Shown here piece after piece: positions 24,344 to 38,502 of a stretch of 64,000 bases of DNA. The position numbers and the translations under genes were made by a program. The notes beneath the pieces were generated by a model. That model was given only the letters and a program-made list of their open reading frames with translations. It searched no databases and had not been told where the DNA came from. Source of the stretch: Octopus sinensis (lineage: Eukaryota); assembly GCF_006345805.1 (NCBI RefSeq), contig NC_043021.1, positions 21,886,001 to 21,950,000 on the forward strand, written 5' to 3'. The first letter of the stretch is position 1. Every line of letters starts with the position of its first letter.

Positions 24344-24867
24344 TGTTTTACTTGTTTCAGTCATTTGACTGTGGCCATGCTGGAGCGCCACCTTTAGTCG
24401 AGCACATCGACCCCCAAGGCTTATTCTTTGTAAGCCTAGTACTTGTTCTATCAGGCTTTTTGCCGAACTGCTAAGTTACGGGGGCGTAAAAGCACCAGCG
24501 TTGGTTGTCAAGCTATGTTGGGGCATACAAACAAACTGCGACACACCTCTGTATATGTGTGGTTTTTTTTGTGAAAAAAAGTGGTTTTTCTTAGAATATT
24601 TTGCGCAATAATTTTTAAAGAAATCTGGACATCATTTTTTACTGCTAACCATTCAACTTCAAATTAGAATTGTTAATTGCTGGAAGTGAAGTAGACTGAG
24701 ATGTAGATATAAGGTTATTGTATGGAGTGGCAGTTCAGTACGAATGATTGAACTCATTATCTCGTGGTTAGGAATCCATTACTTTAAATTTGAAGCCATT
24801 AAGTCTTTAAACTTTATTTTGCTGGGTTTAGTCTTTCGACACTCAACTTAATTGGGTATCATCATCA

Positions 24868-25218
24868 TCATCATTTAGCGTCCGCATTCCATGCTAGCAT
24901 GGGTTGGACGGTTCAACTGGGGTCTGGGAAGCCAGAAGGCTGCACAAGGCTCCAGTCTGATCTGGCAGTGTTTCTACAGCTGGATGCCCTTCCTAATGCC
25001 AACCACTCCGTGAGTGTAGTGGGTGCTTTTTACGTGCCACCGGCACAGAAGCCAGACGAGGCTGGCAAACGGCCACGATCGGATGGTGCTTTTTACGTGC
25101 CACCGGCACGGGGACCAGACGAAACAGGCAACGGCCACGGTCGGAAGGTGCTTTTTACGTGCTACCGGCACGGAGGCCAGGTCAGGCAGCGCTGGCTATG
25201 ACCACGTTCGGATGGTTC
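24868..25218 (-). mobile_element. Family D (RTE 3' UTR) copy, multiple modules
   Basis: Repeated TTTTTACGTGCCACCGGCAC units. Confidence 0.8.
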
Positions 25219-25711
25219 GGTCATGCTGACCTCAGTAAGTATTTCAATCTGGCATTTATCTTATAGATCTCTGCTTGATGAACTGCTAACTTTGAGACAT
25301 AGTGGGACGCAATACTCGATTTAGCAAAAAAATGTAAACACGCACATACACACACATACACACATTAGGTGCAAGAATTATTGTGTGGTTGAGAAGTTTA
25401 CTTCCCAACCATATGGTTCAACGTTCAGTCTCTGTGGTGGTACCTTGAGCAAGTGTTTTCTACTATAGCCCTAGGCCAACCACAGACTTCTGACTGATTT
25501 TGGTTGACAGAACCTGCAGCATTGCTCATCAGAAAATGACCGTAGAACATGTTTATAAAGAAGAGTTGTTTGGCTTCATACCCCTTGTGTGCCAATTCTG
25601 CCCATAAGAAAGGAACAAATAGTACAAGCCAGCTATAGGTGATAACATCCAGGCAACACCAGGGTGCATTGGCAGTATATATAAATATATATGTATATAT
25701 ATATATATATA

Positions 25712-26098
25712 TACTCTTTTACTCTTTTACTTGTTTCAGTCATTTGACTGCAGCCATGCTGGAGCACTGCCTTTAGTCGAGCAAATCGACCCCGGGACTT
25801 ATTCTTTGTAGGCCCAGTACTTATTCTATCGGTCTCTTTTGCCGAACTGCTGAGTGACGGGGACGTAAACACACCAGCATCAGTTGTCAAGCAATGCTAG
25901 GGGGACAAACACATACACACATATATATATATGTACGACAGGCTTCTTTCAGTTTCCGTCTACCAAATCCACTCACAAGGCATTGGTCAGCCCGAGGCTA
26001 TAGTAGAAGACACTTGCTCAAGATGCTGCTCAGTGGGACTGAACCCGGAACCATGTGGTTGGTTAGCAAGCTACTTACCACACAGCCACCCCTGCGCC
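25712..26098 (-). mobile_element. SINE A
   Basis: Homology. Confidence 0.9.
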
Positions 26099-27334
26099 TA
26101 TATAGTCCATTTTTTAGTATCACAGTGCATTGTTGTACCATTCAAAACTTTTTATTCTTTACAAACAACACACAATGCTTCAAGCGAAATACAATACTCT
26201 CCTAATATACCATAACTATATCTATATATAACCCATGCTAGCATGGAAAATGGACGTTAAACAATGATGATGATGATGGTGATGGTGATGGTGGTGATGG
26301 TGATGATGATGATGATAGTGGTGGTGGTGATGGTGATGGTGATGGTAGTGGTGGTGATAGTGATGGTAGTGGTGGTGATGGTGATGATGATGATAGTGGT
26401 GATGGTGATATATATATATATAAATGGATATAGATATATATAATGGTAAAGTATAATATGTATTATACAGTAGTGTTATTACTGATACAACTTATATTGC
26501 CATAAACCTATGTTTGGTATATTGAACAGATTTAGTCTTGTGGTTCATGTTTCCTGTGATACAAATGTTAGTAGATTTCTAGTAAGATCAAAGACAGATT
26601 AGTTGACCGATACCTGTAAAATGCTATGTAAAAGAGTTATCATTGAGAAGCTATAATTTATTTGCCTTTACTATTGATGTAAATCTACTTCTAAATGTGT
26701 GCTTCTATATGCAATCTAATTGGAAGTCATATCTGTGTCCAATGATATCATAACATACTGCATGGGTAGGACAACAATAACTTTAAAGAAAGTTATGCTC
26801 AACACTTACACTCTTTTAGATGTATTTAAAGGGTAAAATCCACATCATTTCTCCTTCATTATCTCAAGACTCTGGGACCACTGAAATGATTTTTCCAACA
26901 TCATATGGTGATTTCTTGACAGAGGTTCTTTGGAAATAAGTAAAGGTTCACAATAGGATGAGTATATCTGTCTGTAGACTACTGCCTCAAAAAGTCTTAT
27001 CTGCCTCATGTGAAAGGGGACAAAGATCCTTGTTTTGACTAAGTCTTCCAGGTAAATATTAGAGAGAAGGAAGCATTGTACACTTCTAGAAAATATAGAA
27101 GGAATGAAGATGACATTCTATGCTGTGATACGTCAGTCTGAGGTACCTGTTTTGAGCAGCCAAAGACAAAAAAATATACATGGATATAATCCCCTGGTGA
27201 ACTATCATCGTTGTCCTGATCATGATCATGACCATGATGATGATCATCATCATCAATATCATCACCATCACCACCGTCATGATCATCATTATTCTAATCC
27301 TTTTACAGTTCACCCTTCTATACTTGCATGCAAA

Positions 27335-27564
27335 GGCGGTGAGCTGGCAGAAACGTTAGCACGCCGGGCGAAATGCGTAGCCGTATTTCGTCTACCGCTA
27401 CGTTCTGAGTTCAGATTCCGCCGAGGTCAACTTTGCCTTTCATCCTTTCGGGGTCGATAAATTAAGTACCAGTTACGCACTGGGATCGATGTAATCGACT
27501 TAATCCGTTTGTCTGTCCTTGTTTGTCCCCTCTGTGTTTAACCCCTTGTGGGTAATAAAGAAAT
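27335..27564 (+). mobile_element. SINE B, CpG-rich (young) monomer
   Basis: Homology; CpGs intact. Confidence 0.88.
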
Positions 27565-27828
27565 ATATACTTGCATGCATTGACAAGAACTCATTGTGGC
27601 AGTTTTCCTACACCTTCATGCTTCTTCTTGTTCCTAACCCCGACACGATTCCAAATAAGGCAATACTTCCTGGTATCACCTGACACATCACATAGAATAC
27701 TAGGATCAAAAGACTCTGCTTGCATGATGGTGACACCTGCTTACAACTATCACATGAAGATAAGACAAAGGGATTGCACCCCCTCCCAAAAGAACCACAC
27801 ACATAAATACATACACAACACACACACC

Positions 27829-27958
27829 CTGATGTAATCTCCAGGGATACAGGCATCCAGCAACAGGACCTCCGTAATGCCATGATGGACCGTGAAGTCT
27901 GGCGTAGCATGGTAAATTCCATTGTCTCGACCACGGTTGAACAATGATGATGATGATT
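27829..27958 (+). mobile_element. RTE-type LINE 3' end (family ending STTVEQ*, (TGA)n tail)
   Basis: DVISRDTGIQQQDLRNAMMDREVWRSMVNSIVSTTVEQ*; near-identical to three other copies. Confidence 0.8.
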
Positions 27959-28139
27959 CTATGCAATAAGAGATGAAAGACGGCAACTGATATTGTCAAA
28001 ACTATGCCAAAAGCTCATCATGGAGCTAATCATCATCTGTCGTGAATTCTTGGACATAAAACAAGAAGCATGAGATGAACCGTCTTTAGAAAAATTTTGT
28101 TAAAATATTTATATTTAGAAGTCAAAAATTGATTTACAG

Positions 28140-28403
28140 TTCTGACATGGGTTTGATGGTTAAGACCAAGGGATGCACCAAACACCATTGTCTGTTCTGG
28201 CATGGTTTCTACGACTGGATGCCTTCCTAATGTCAAACACTCCACAGCATGTACTAGGTGCTTTTAACATAGCACCAGCATGAGTGCTTTTCACAGGGCA
28301 CCAACACCAGGCTCAATTCTGCTATGCCAGATGGGTCTTCTTGAGTACAACAATGTAGCAGATAGTTCTGTCCTTTGTCATCTCCTTCATAAGGCTCAGT
28401 ATC
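28140..28403 (-). mobile_element. Old family D / RTE copy extending toward the ORF end
   Basis: Diverged D tail, followed by a homolog of 45570-45615. Confidence 0.6.
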
Positions 28404-28695
28404 TAGAGATTGACCCTTAGTATGTCATCCTCTTGAGGTCAACCTTCAATACTTCGTCCTCTCAAGGTTGACCTTCAGTACTTTGTTCTCTTGAGGTTGG
28501 CCATCAATATTTCGTCCACTTGAGGTCAGCCTTCAGTACTTCATCTTCTTGAGGTCAGCTGTTAATATTTCGTCCACTTGAGGTCAGCCTTCAGTACTTC
28601 ATCCTCCTGGGGCAGGCCTTTAATTCTTCAACCTCTCGAGGTCAGCCTTTCATACTTTGTCCTGATGAAGGTTGACCTTCAATACTTTGTCCTTG
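28404..28695. repeat. 29-bp minisatellite, ~10 units (TTGAGGTCAGCCTTCAGTACTTCRTCCTC)
   Basis: Unit starts at 28433, 28462, 28491, 28520, 28549, 28578, 28607, 28636; no unique spacers. Confidence 0.9.
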
Positions 28696-29075
28696 GAAGA
28701 ACCAAAGTGTTTCAGTTTGACCAAAGACGAAATAGATCTCAGCAGATTGTGTTGGTATATGTTTGTGTGTCTATGTATACACATATTAAAGGCGAGGCAT
28801 ACACCCACAAGGCTGGTTTCCCAGATTCTGTGGCATATATATGTATCCCATCCCACTGGATGTGATCCTGGTTCATTACAGGAATACTAATTTTTGTTAG
28901 CTGAGTGTGCTGGAGGAATATGAAATGAAGTAATTTGCTCAAGAGTACAATGCATCGCCCAGTCTATAAATAAAAACCTCAATTTTACAATCATGAACCA
29001 TCTGTGTACCATACTTGATGTATACACTCTACTTACTGCAGTATTTGTCCTAACATAACATCTTTAATGGACATA

Positions 29076-29262
29076 GGCACAGGAGTGGCTGTGTGGTAAG
29101 TAGCTTGCTTACCAACCACATGGTTCCGGGTTCAGTCCCACTGCGTGGCATCTTGGGCAAGTGTCTTCTGCTATAGCCCCGGGCCAACCAATGCCTTGTG
29201 AGTGGATTTGGTAGACGGAAACTGAAAGAAGCCTGTCGTATATATGTATATATATATATATT

Positions 29263-29293
<31 letters not shown>

Positions 29294-29509
29294 ATGTTTG
29301 TGTGTCTGTGTTTGTCCCTCTAGCATTGCTTGACAACTGATGCTGGTGTGTTTATGTCCCCGTCACTTAGCGGTTCGGCAAAAGAGACCGATAGAATAAG
29401 TACTGGGCTTACAAAAGAATAAGTCCTGGGGTCGAGTTGCTCGATTAAAGGCAGTGCTCCAGCATGGCCGCAGTCAAATGACTGAAACAAGTAAAAGAGT
29501 AAAAGAGTA
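29076..29509 (+). mobile_element. SINE A (left member of an inverted pair)
   Basis: Homology. Confidence 0.9.
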
Positions 29510-29723
29510 TACTTTGTTAAAAACACTATAAATATCACAGACATATGAAAATTCATACCAGCAGTGGCATGCCAGATGCAATTTAACCCTGTTTTGCCCT
29601 TTTCTGTGTTGTGTACCCATAGGCAACCTCATTCTTGGCTGAGAGTTTATCATCTTGATAAAGGAAAAAGGGAATAAAACATGTATAATGTATGCACCCC
29701 CTCCACACACATATAAATATATA

Positions 29724-30144
29724 TACTCTTTTACTTGTTTCAGTAATTTGACTGCAGCCATGCTGGAGCACCACCTTTAGTCGAGCGACTTGACCCCGGG
29801 ACTTACTCTTTTGTAAGCCCAGTACTTATTCTATCGGTTCTCTTTTGCCGAACCCCTAAGAGACGGGGACATAAACACACCAGCATCGGTTGTCAAGCAA
29901 TGCTAGGGGGACAAACACAAACACACACACACACACACGCATATATATATATATATACACACATACATACATACATATATATGACGGGCTTCTTTCAGTT
30001 TCCATCTACCAAATCCACTCACAAGGCTTTGGTCGGCCCGAAGCTATAGCAGAAGACACCTGCCCAAGGTGCCACGCAGTGGGACTGAACCCGGAACCAT
30101 GTGGTTGGTAGGCAAGCTACTTACCACACATCTACTCCTGCGCC
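29724..30144 (-). mobile_element. SINE A (right member of an inverted pair)
   Basis: Homology. Confidence 0.9.
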
Positions 30145-30558
30145 TATATATATATATATATATATATATACTCATTACAGATATAAGGTAAAGAATTACT
30201 AATTTGATAATTAATAAATTTTACCAAGTAGTTTCGGTATGGAAATAGGAGTTACAAATATTGATGTCTGTGGAGTCATATTTTGTAGTTAGAAGAATTA
30301 GCTGTCTTTTGGCTGCTATTTCTAAATTTTCGGTATGTGGTGAAGAAACTTGTTTCTAAAACCTTAATTATATATGTATATATATATATTTATATACACA
30401 CATGCATATATATGTATATGTGTGTATGTAAATATGTGTATATATGTGTGTGTGTGTTTATATATGTATATATATATAGGCATGTATGTTTATGTATGTA
30501 TGCTTATATATGTATGTATATATATATATATATATGTTTATGCATGTGTATATGTGCG

Positions 30559-30595
<37 letters not shown>

Positions 30596-30634
30596 GCCAT
30601 ATGTATAAAATGTATATATATGTATATATATATA

Positions 30635-30671
<37 letters not shown>

Positions 30672-30957
30672 TTATGTGTATGTATAGTGTGCCATATCTC
30701 TCTTATTTATTACTTATGTATTTACATACCTCTTCTCTCTTGCTCTCTCCTCTCTCTCTTCACACACATCTACACAGTCTCCAGACCTATCTCTGTTTAC
30801 GTATGTGTTTACATATTGATTATATATATATATAAGTATATTATATATACATATATATATACATATATATACATATATATATACATATATATACATATAT
30901 AAATATATTAATATATAATATACATATATATACATATATATATAATATATATATACA

Positions 30958-31011
<54 letters not shown>

Positions 31012-31131
31012 TATATATACATATATATATCTAGATATATATATATATATATGATACATATATATACATATATCTATATATAATATATACATATATATAG
31101 TATGTATGTATATATATGTATATATAGTATG

Positions 31132-31189
<58 letters not shown>

Positions 31190-31678
31190 CTATATATATT
31201 AATATATATATGTATGTTATATATATATGTTTTAATGTGTACCTGGTTTCTTTATAAAAATGTAGTTCCATTAGAAATAAATTAACTCTGTATCCTTCCA
31301 TCTAAACATCATATTTCTATAACACAACCCTCAGGCAATTCAACAACAACAACAACAGCAACAAACCTATTAAGAACAGCAAAAACACCATCATCATCAT
31401 CAACAGCATTAAAAAACAAACTAATTACAAGCTGTAAAAATAAACGCACGCTCAAACACACACACACACACACCACACACACATACAGACAGGTACTTAC
31501 AGAATGGATACATATAGACACACGCAAACAGACACAGTGCTCCCAAATCTTATGCACACTTACGCAGAGAAAGACAGACACATATACGTACAAAAATATA
31601 CACACATGCACACACATAGAGATCTCACAAATTGTATACACATATATATATTCACAGAAAGAAAGACACGCACATGCA

Positions 31679-31724
<46 letters not shown>

Positions 31725-32015
31725 CACACAGCACTAACAAACCATGCACATATGTACATACATACAGAAAGACACACAAGGTACTCGCATATCACATACA
31801 TGTACACGCACACAAACACACGTACATACGGAGTACTTGCAAATCATATACCCATATACATATAGATAAGAAAGACATGCACACTCACATATACACGCTT
31901 ACATACACACAAAACATATATATGTATATGCATACTGAAAGAAGAGACATGTGCACACACACACACAGACACACACACACACACACACACTCACACACAC
32001 ATACACACACACTCA

Positions 32016-32190
32016 CCCCTGCAGAGTACTCACAAAACACACTCAGAGTAATACACACACACACACACACTCTGCAGCAGAGTACTCACAAAACACACTC
32101 AGAGTAACACACACACACACCTGCAGAGTACTCACAAAACACACTCAGAGTAACACACACACACACCTGCAGAGTACTCACAAAAACACA
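32016..32190. repeat. Tandem repeat x4: CTGCAGAGTACTCACAAAACACACTCAGAGTAA + variable (CA)n
   Basis: Read directly from the sequence. Confidence 0.85.
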
Positions 32191-32960
32191 CACACACATC
32201 AGTTATGTAGTCCTACACAGGAATATACATATATATATATATACATACACCCTCTGTATTCCACCTCATAAGTGCACACATTCTCATACACACATACACG
32301 CATAAGCTGACATACTCTCACATGCATACATAATCTCTCACATACACACACACACATTCATTCACTTATACACATTTACATTGAATCACGCAAGCACATA
32401 CACATACTCTCTCTACAGAGAATTTTTAATTTAATAATGAAAGAAAATTGAAAAAAAAAATAAATGAATATATACATATATATATATATGAAAAAAATAT
32501 TTGGTCAACGTTATTAAGTTTTGCTGTTAATGAGCTAAAAACCATTTTGATATAATTAAGACTGAAAAACAAACATCATTATCGTCATCATCACCCTCCT
32601 CTTCCTCCGCATCCTCATCACTATTAGCATTATCATCATTCACATCGTTAACGTCATTGTGTTCACGACCACCCACACTATCATCATCATGCCATCAAAG
32701 GTGCCTGTCGAAAGTCTTTGAATCTGCTAGAAATAGTAGCCCAAATCTTAATCAGTTCACAAAATCCCACCCGACTTTCGTAAAAACAGTGGATATATTG
32801 CATAGAGTAGTCATGTGTGTGTATGTGCATGCATGTATGTATTTATGTGTGTGTGTGTGTGTGGTTGTGTCTGGGTGTGAGTATATATATATATATACGT
32901 ACATTCCAAATTAAGCCAGCATGGAACAATAAGGAAATTAGATGATTATGATATATATAC

Positions 32961-32999
<39 letters not shown>

Positions 33000-33261
33000 T
33001 AAGTACATATATGTGTGTGTATATATACATATATACATATACATATATACACATACGTAAGGTGGGGAGCTGGCACAGACGTTAACATGCCGGACGAAAT
33101 GCTTAGCGGTATTTCGTCTGCCGTTACTGCCAATTAAATAAGTACCAGTTACGTACTGCAGTCAATGTAATCGACTTAATCCCTTTGTCTGTCGTTGGTT
33201 GTCCCCTCTATGTGTAGCCCCTTGTGGGTAATAAAAAAATATATATATATGTACACATACA

Positions 33262-33672
33262 TCATCATCATCATCATCATCGTTTAACGTCCACTTTCCA
33301 TGCTAGCATGGGTTGGACGGTTCAACTGGGGTCTGACAAGCCCGAAGGCTGCACCAGGCCAGTCAGATCTGGCAGTGTTTCTACAGCTGGATGCCCTTCC
33401 TAACGCCAACCACTCCGAGAGTGTAGTGGGTGATTTTATGTGCCACCAACACAGGTGCCAGACGAGGCTGGCAGACGGCCACGCTCGGATGGTGTTTTTT
33501 ATGTGCCACTGACACAGGTGCCAGACGAGGCTGGCAGACGGCCACGCTCGGATGGTGTTTTCTTATGTGCCACCGACACAGGTGCCAGACGAGGCTGGCG
33601 AACGGCCACGCTCGGATGGTGTTTGTTACGTGCCCTCAGCACGGAGGCCAGTCGATGCGGTACTGGCTACGG
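33262..33672 (-). mobile_element. Family D (RTE 3' UTR) copy, 3-4 modules
   Basis: Tandem ~62-bp units TGTGCCACC.ACACAGGTGCCAGACGAGGCTGGC. Confidence 0.8.
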
Positions 33673-34278
33673 TCACATACATACATAAATGCATAAATAT
33701 ATGTGTGTGTGTGTGTGTATATATTCTCTTATTCTCTTTTCTCTTTTCTTGTTTCAGTCATTTGAGCAAGCTTTCTTTTATCATACTCTCAATTTTGGTC
33801 AACTTGTGCTGCAGGGTCTCGGAGGAGATAGTGTTAGTTGAAGGCTACCAAACCTTCCACACACACACATAGACAACTTATACTTTATATGTATAGATAT
33901 ATAAAAAATGTGCATGGCTGTGTGGGTCTGGTTTCAATCTCACTGACTGCATGGCATTTGGGGCAAATGTCTTCTACTATAGCCTCAGGGCAACAAAAGT
34001 CTTGTGTGTGGATTTGGTAGCCAGAAACCAAAAGAAGCTCATCATATATGTGTATATGTGAGTGTCTTTGTGTCTGTGTTTGTCCTCCACCTCCACTTGA
34101 CAATTAGTACTGGTTTGTTCATGTCCTCATAACTTAGTGGTTCAGCAAAAGAGATTGATAGAACAAGTACCATGCTTAAAAAAGAAAAATGTTAAGTACT
34201 AGGGTCATTTCATTTGAGTAAAATTCTTCAAAATTCTTCAGTCACCAGTCTGTGGCCCCATCATAGCTAAGACAAAAG

Positions 34279-34311
<33 letters not shown>

Positions 34312-34400
34312 CACGCACACACACACACGCACACACACGCACACACACACATGATGATCAGTTACGTGCACGGCAAACGTTGAGACTGAAAACAAAGACA

Positions 34401-34842
34401 TACTCTTTTACTTGTTTCAGTCATTTGACTGTGGCCATGCTGGAGCATTGCCTTTAGTCGAGCAAATCAACCCCAGGACTTATTCTTTGTAAGCCCAGTA
34501 CTTATTCTATCGGGCTCTCTTTTGCTGAACCGCTAAGTGACGGGGACGTAAACACACCAGCATCGGTTATCAAGCGATGTTGCGGGGGACAAACACAGAC
34601 ACACAAACTATACACACACACACACACACACATACATACATACATATATAACGGGAAAGTTTACATACACATATATATACGACGGGCTTCTTTCAGTTTC
34701 CATCTACCAAATCCACTCACAAGGCTTTGGTCGGCCTGAGGCTATAGTAGAAGACACTTGCTGAAGGTGCCATACAGTGGGACTGAACCTGCAACCATGT
34801 GGTTGGTAAGTAAGCTACTCACCCCACAGCCACTCCTACACC
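34401..34842 (-). mobile_element. SINE A
   Basis: Homology. Confidence 0.88.
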
Positions 34843-35290
34843 TACATGCATAATCTTTTTTTTCAACATGTTCTTGTAGGTACAAATGTGAATATGTCTA
34901 TCTCTATTGTATTTCATCTCAGGAGAATAAGCTTTACTTTAAGTTAAATATATATTCATAGCATACTTCATTCATTAGCGTGAGGAAGACTCTGGCGTGC
35001 CATTGTTGTGTCTCGTCAGCTAAAGGCACCCTGGATTAATGAATCTAGCAAGAGTTCATTGCTCTTGATTATAACTTCAGCAAATTATTTGCTGCTGTGT
35101 GCTCATATCTGCCAACTGATATATAAATAATTATATATATGTATGTATATGCATGCATTAATGTGTATATGTATGCATTCATGTATGTACATTAATATGT
35201 ATGTATATTTATATATATATATTCATATATATGTGTGTATATATATGCATGTATGTATATGTGTGTGTATATTTACATATGTGTGTGTAT

Positions 35291-35338
<48 letters not shown>

Positions 35339-35348
35339 ATGTGTATAT

Positions 35349-35630
35349 GTGGAGGCACAATGGCCCAGTGGTTAGGGCAGTGGACTCGCGGTTGTGGGAT
35401 CGCGGTTTCGATTCCCAGACCGGGCGTTGTGAGTGTTTATTGAGCAAAAACACCTAAAAGCTCCACGAGGCTCTGGCAGGGGGTGGTGATCCCTGCTGTA
35501 CTCTTTCACCACTCTTTCTCCCACTCTTCCTTCTGTTGATGGGTGGCGTCATTCGAAGGCTAAAACAATGCAAATGCATTGTGACCAGCGATGTGTAACA
35601 ACATCTGATGGTCTGGTCGGTCACGTGATC
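35349..35630 (+). mobile_element. SINE C variant with a different 3' tail
   Basis: Same head and body, then GATGGGTGGCGTCATTCGAAGG...GGTCACGTGATC. Confidence 0.8.
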
Positions 35631-36984
35631 ATGTGATATGTGTATATATGTGTGTGTGTATATATGTGTGTTCATACATATGCAGGTATACATGCATGTA
35701 TATAAATATATTTAATCTTGAAAATATTATTTATGTAATGCAAACACTCATTTTTTTACCTGAAAGTATATATATTTCTATACTGGCTTCATGCTCCTCC
35801 CAAGGTTCAATAGTATATATATTTTCATGTTTATGTATAGATATAAATATACATATATACGTATAGATGTATATCCATATGTGTGTGTATATATATATAT
35901 ATGTGTATAGATATACACAAATATATACATGTATATACACAAACACATATACATAGATATATATATGTATATATATATTATATATTAATATATATACACA
36001 CGCACACACATATATATACATATATATATGTACATATATATATACATGGATATATATGTACATATATATACATATATATATATATGTGTGTGTACATATA
36101 TATATATTTATACATATACATATATATATATATGTACATATATATATACATACATAATACTATATATATATATATATATACACACATATATATATACACA
36201 CCACACACACACACACACATATACACAAGCACATACTGCTGATAGATAGCTAAGTATAAGCAAAGCTCTATAGATGGTTTTATTGTATTAACCCCTCCTT
36301 GTGCCGTGTGGTGCTTTTGATTTACTTACCCCCAGTTTCCCTACATGCTACTGTAATTATCGGATTAATTATTTTATCAGTTCTCCAACCTCTTGATTTA
36401 TTGACGAATTAATTCTTCTAATTGTCTGTTTTTATTGCCTTCATTATTGCTTTCACCATCAACACTGTCATCATCATCATCACCATCATCACCACCACCA
36501 TCCTCCATAGGCTGATCATCACCACCATCATATCCTTCACCATCATCATCATAACCATCATCGCCATCATTATCATCGTTTTTACTACCACCCTCCTTCT
36601 CATCATCATCTCATCATCATCATCACCATCATCATCATGACCATCATTATTCCCATTGTAATCCTTCGTTATATGCAAAATCTCAATTACTTTATCATCA
36701 TCATCATCACTGTTATCAGAATCCCCCTCCTCCTTCTCCTCCTTCTCCTCCTTCTCCACCTCCTACTCATTATCATCAGTTCCATTTATCTACCTTCAAT
36801 ATTAATATTCGAAATTGTCAGAGCCATTATCACAACATTAATTTTTCCCTAATACAGTCGTAATATTTGCATTTCAGCTTGATGGTGGACTAATTGATTA
36901 CTTTAACCCTATTATATGACTGGTACCTTATTTTATCAACTTTGGACGGATGAAAGGCAAAGTTGACTTTGGCAATGTCAAATG

Positions 36985-37285
36985 ACGGTTGTTTCTCATA
37001 GTCCAAAAAAAGACGGTTCTGAAATTCCTTGCTGAAGAACCTAAGCAATGGATTCGTTTAGAGAGATCAGATGTTTTTACTGTACATTATCTCATTCCCT
37101 TCATCAAATCAACGTTACCTGAACAGGTGCACAGGGCACCTCATCTCAGGTGTTAAAGTGATCATAGAGTAACATGAGATAAAATGTTTTTACTCAAGTC
37201 CACAATACACTAACCAGCCCACGGAATTGAAACTATGATCTCATGATCATCAGTGCCATGCCTTAACCGCTGGGCCATGCACCCT
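36985..37285 (-). mobile_element. Old tRNA-headed SINE family G
   Basis: Minus head GCATGGCCCAGCGGTTAAGGC; second diverged copy at ~38535-38830. Confidence 0.65.
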
Positions 37286-37403
37286 CTCTCGCATACACAT
37301 GCATATGTATCTCCTAATATAATAATGAGCGTAGTGTTTTTATATATTTGTATATATACATATTTGTCCAGAATCATGCTGGATGCGGAGGAGGAGAAAA
37401 AAT

Positions 37404-37543
37404 AGTAATTCAGTGAAGGAGAAGTAGTGAGAGTAATTCAGTGAAGGAGAAGTAGTGAGAGTAATTCAGTGACGGAGAAGTAGTGAGAGTAATTCAGTAA
37501 CGGAGAAGTAGTGAGAGTAATTCAGTGAAGGCGAAGTAGAGAG
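37404..37543. repeat. 28-bp tandem repeat x5 (AGTAATTCAGTGAAGGAGAAGTAGTGAG)
   Basis: Read directly from the sequence. Confidence 0.9.
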
Positions 37544-37794
37544 AGCCCTGACTGAGAGGGAGTGAGGGAAAGTAATAGCAATGAGAGAATGGAAGGGGTG
37601 ATAGGGGAATAAGGAAGGATAGAGTGAAAAAAATTCAGCATTTCAACTCTGTGTGAGCATATGTGTGTTTGTGTGTGCGTGTACAAATGAAGTATGTGAA
37701 TGTTTGTATGTGTGATTATCATGTACCTTATCTATTTATAAAATACTACAATTAGCCATCATTATTGACTGCACGCGGTCGTTATATATATATT

Positions 37795-38098
37795 GTTGTT
37801 TGTTCCTTCTCAAGCCACGCCTGGCTCATAGGGCCGGTTTCCTGGATTCCTTGGCATATAGGTTCCCCACCTTGATGGGATGCTGGTCTGTCGCAGGTGA
37901 GCTGCAAGATGCAGGAGGAAAGAGTGAGAGAAAGTGGTGGCGAAAGAGTCAGCAGAAGTTCGCCATTACCTTCTGCCGGAGCCGCGTGGAGCTTAGGTGC
38001 TTTGCTCATAAACACACACATCGCCCATTCTGAGATTCAAACCCGCAATCCCTTGATCACGAGTCCACTGATCTAACCACTAGGCCATGTGCCTCCAC
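37795..38098 (-). mobile_element. SINE C-related variant with a third tail type
   Basis: Related head and body, tail ...ATGAGCCAGGCGTGGCTTGAGAAGGAACAAACAAC. Confidence 0.75.
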
Positions 38099-38105
38099 AG
38101 TATAT

Positions 38106-38502
38106 TACTCTTTTACTTGTTTCAGTTATTTGACTGCGGCCATGCTGGAGCACTGCCTTTTAGTCGAGCAAATCGACCCCAGAACTTATTCTTTGTAAGC
38201 CCAGTACTTATTCTATCGGTCTCTTTTGCCGAACCGCTAAGTAACGGTGATGTAACACACCACATCGGTTTCAAGCATGCTAGGAGGACAAACACAGAGA
38301 CACAAACACATACACACACCACATATATATATACATATATACGAACAGGCTTTTTCAGTTTCCGTCTACCAATCCACTCACAAGGCTTTGGTCGGCCTGG
38401 GGCTATAGCAGAAGACACTTGCCCAAGATGCCACGCAGTGGGACTGAACCTGGAACCATGTTGTTGTTAGTAAGCTACTTACCATACAGCCACTCCTGCA
38501 CC
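38106..38502 (-). mobile_element. SINE A
   Basis: Homology. Confidence 0.88.

Noticed and set aside
26810-26885. Minus-strand segment with TTTCAG acceptor and GTAAGT donor
   Set aside because: Stops in all three frames; could only be non-coding, with no further support.
28662-28685. CTGATGAAGG..CC motif (similar isolated cores at ~25527, 35016 and 40062 on the - strand, and 44372)
   Set aside because: No GAAA after helix II and no helix I; treated as chance matches.
28404-28695. CRISPR-like periodicity of the 29-bp array (and the 28-bp array at 37404)
   Set aside because: Units are contiguous with no unique spacers, there are no cas genes and the context is eukaryotic.
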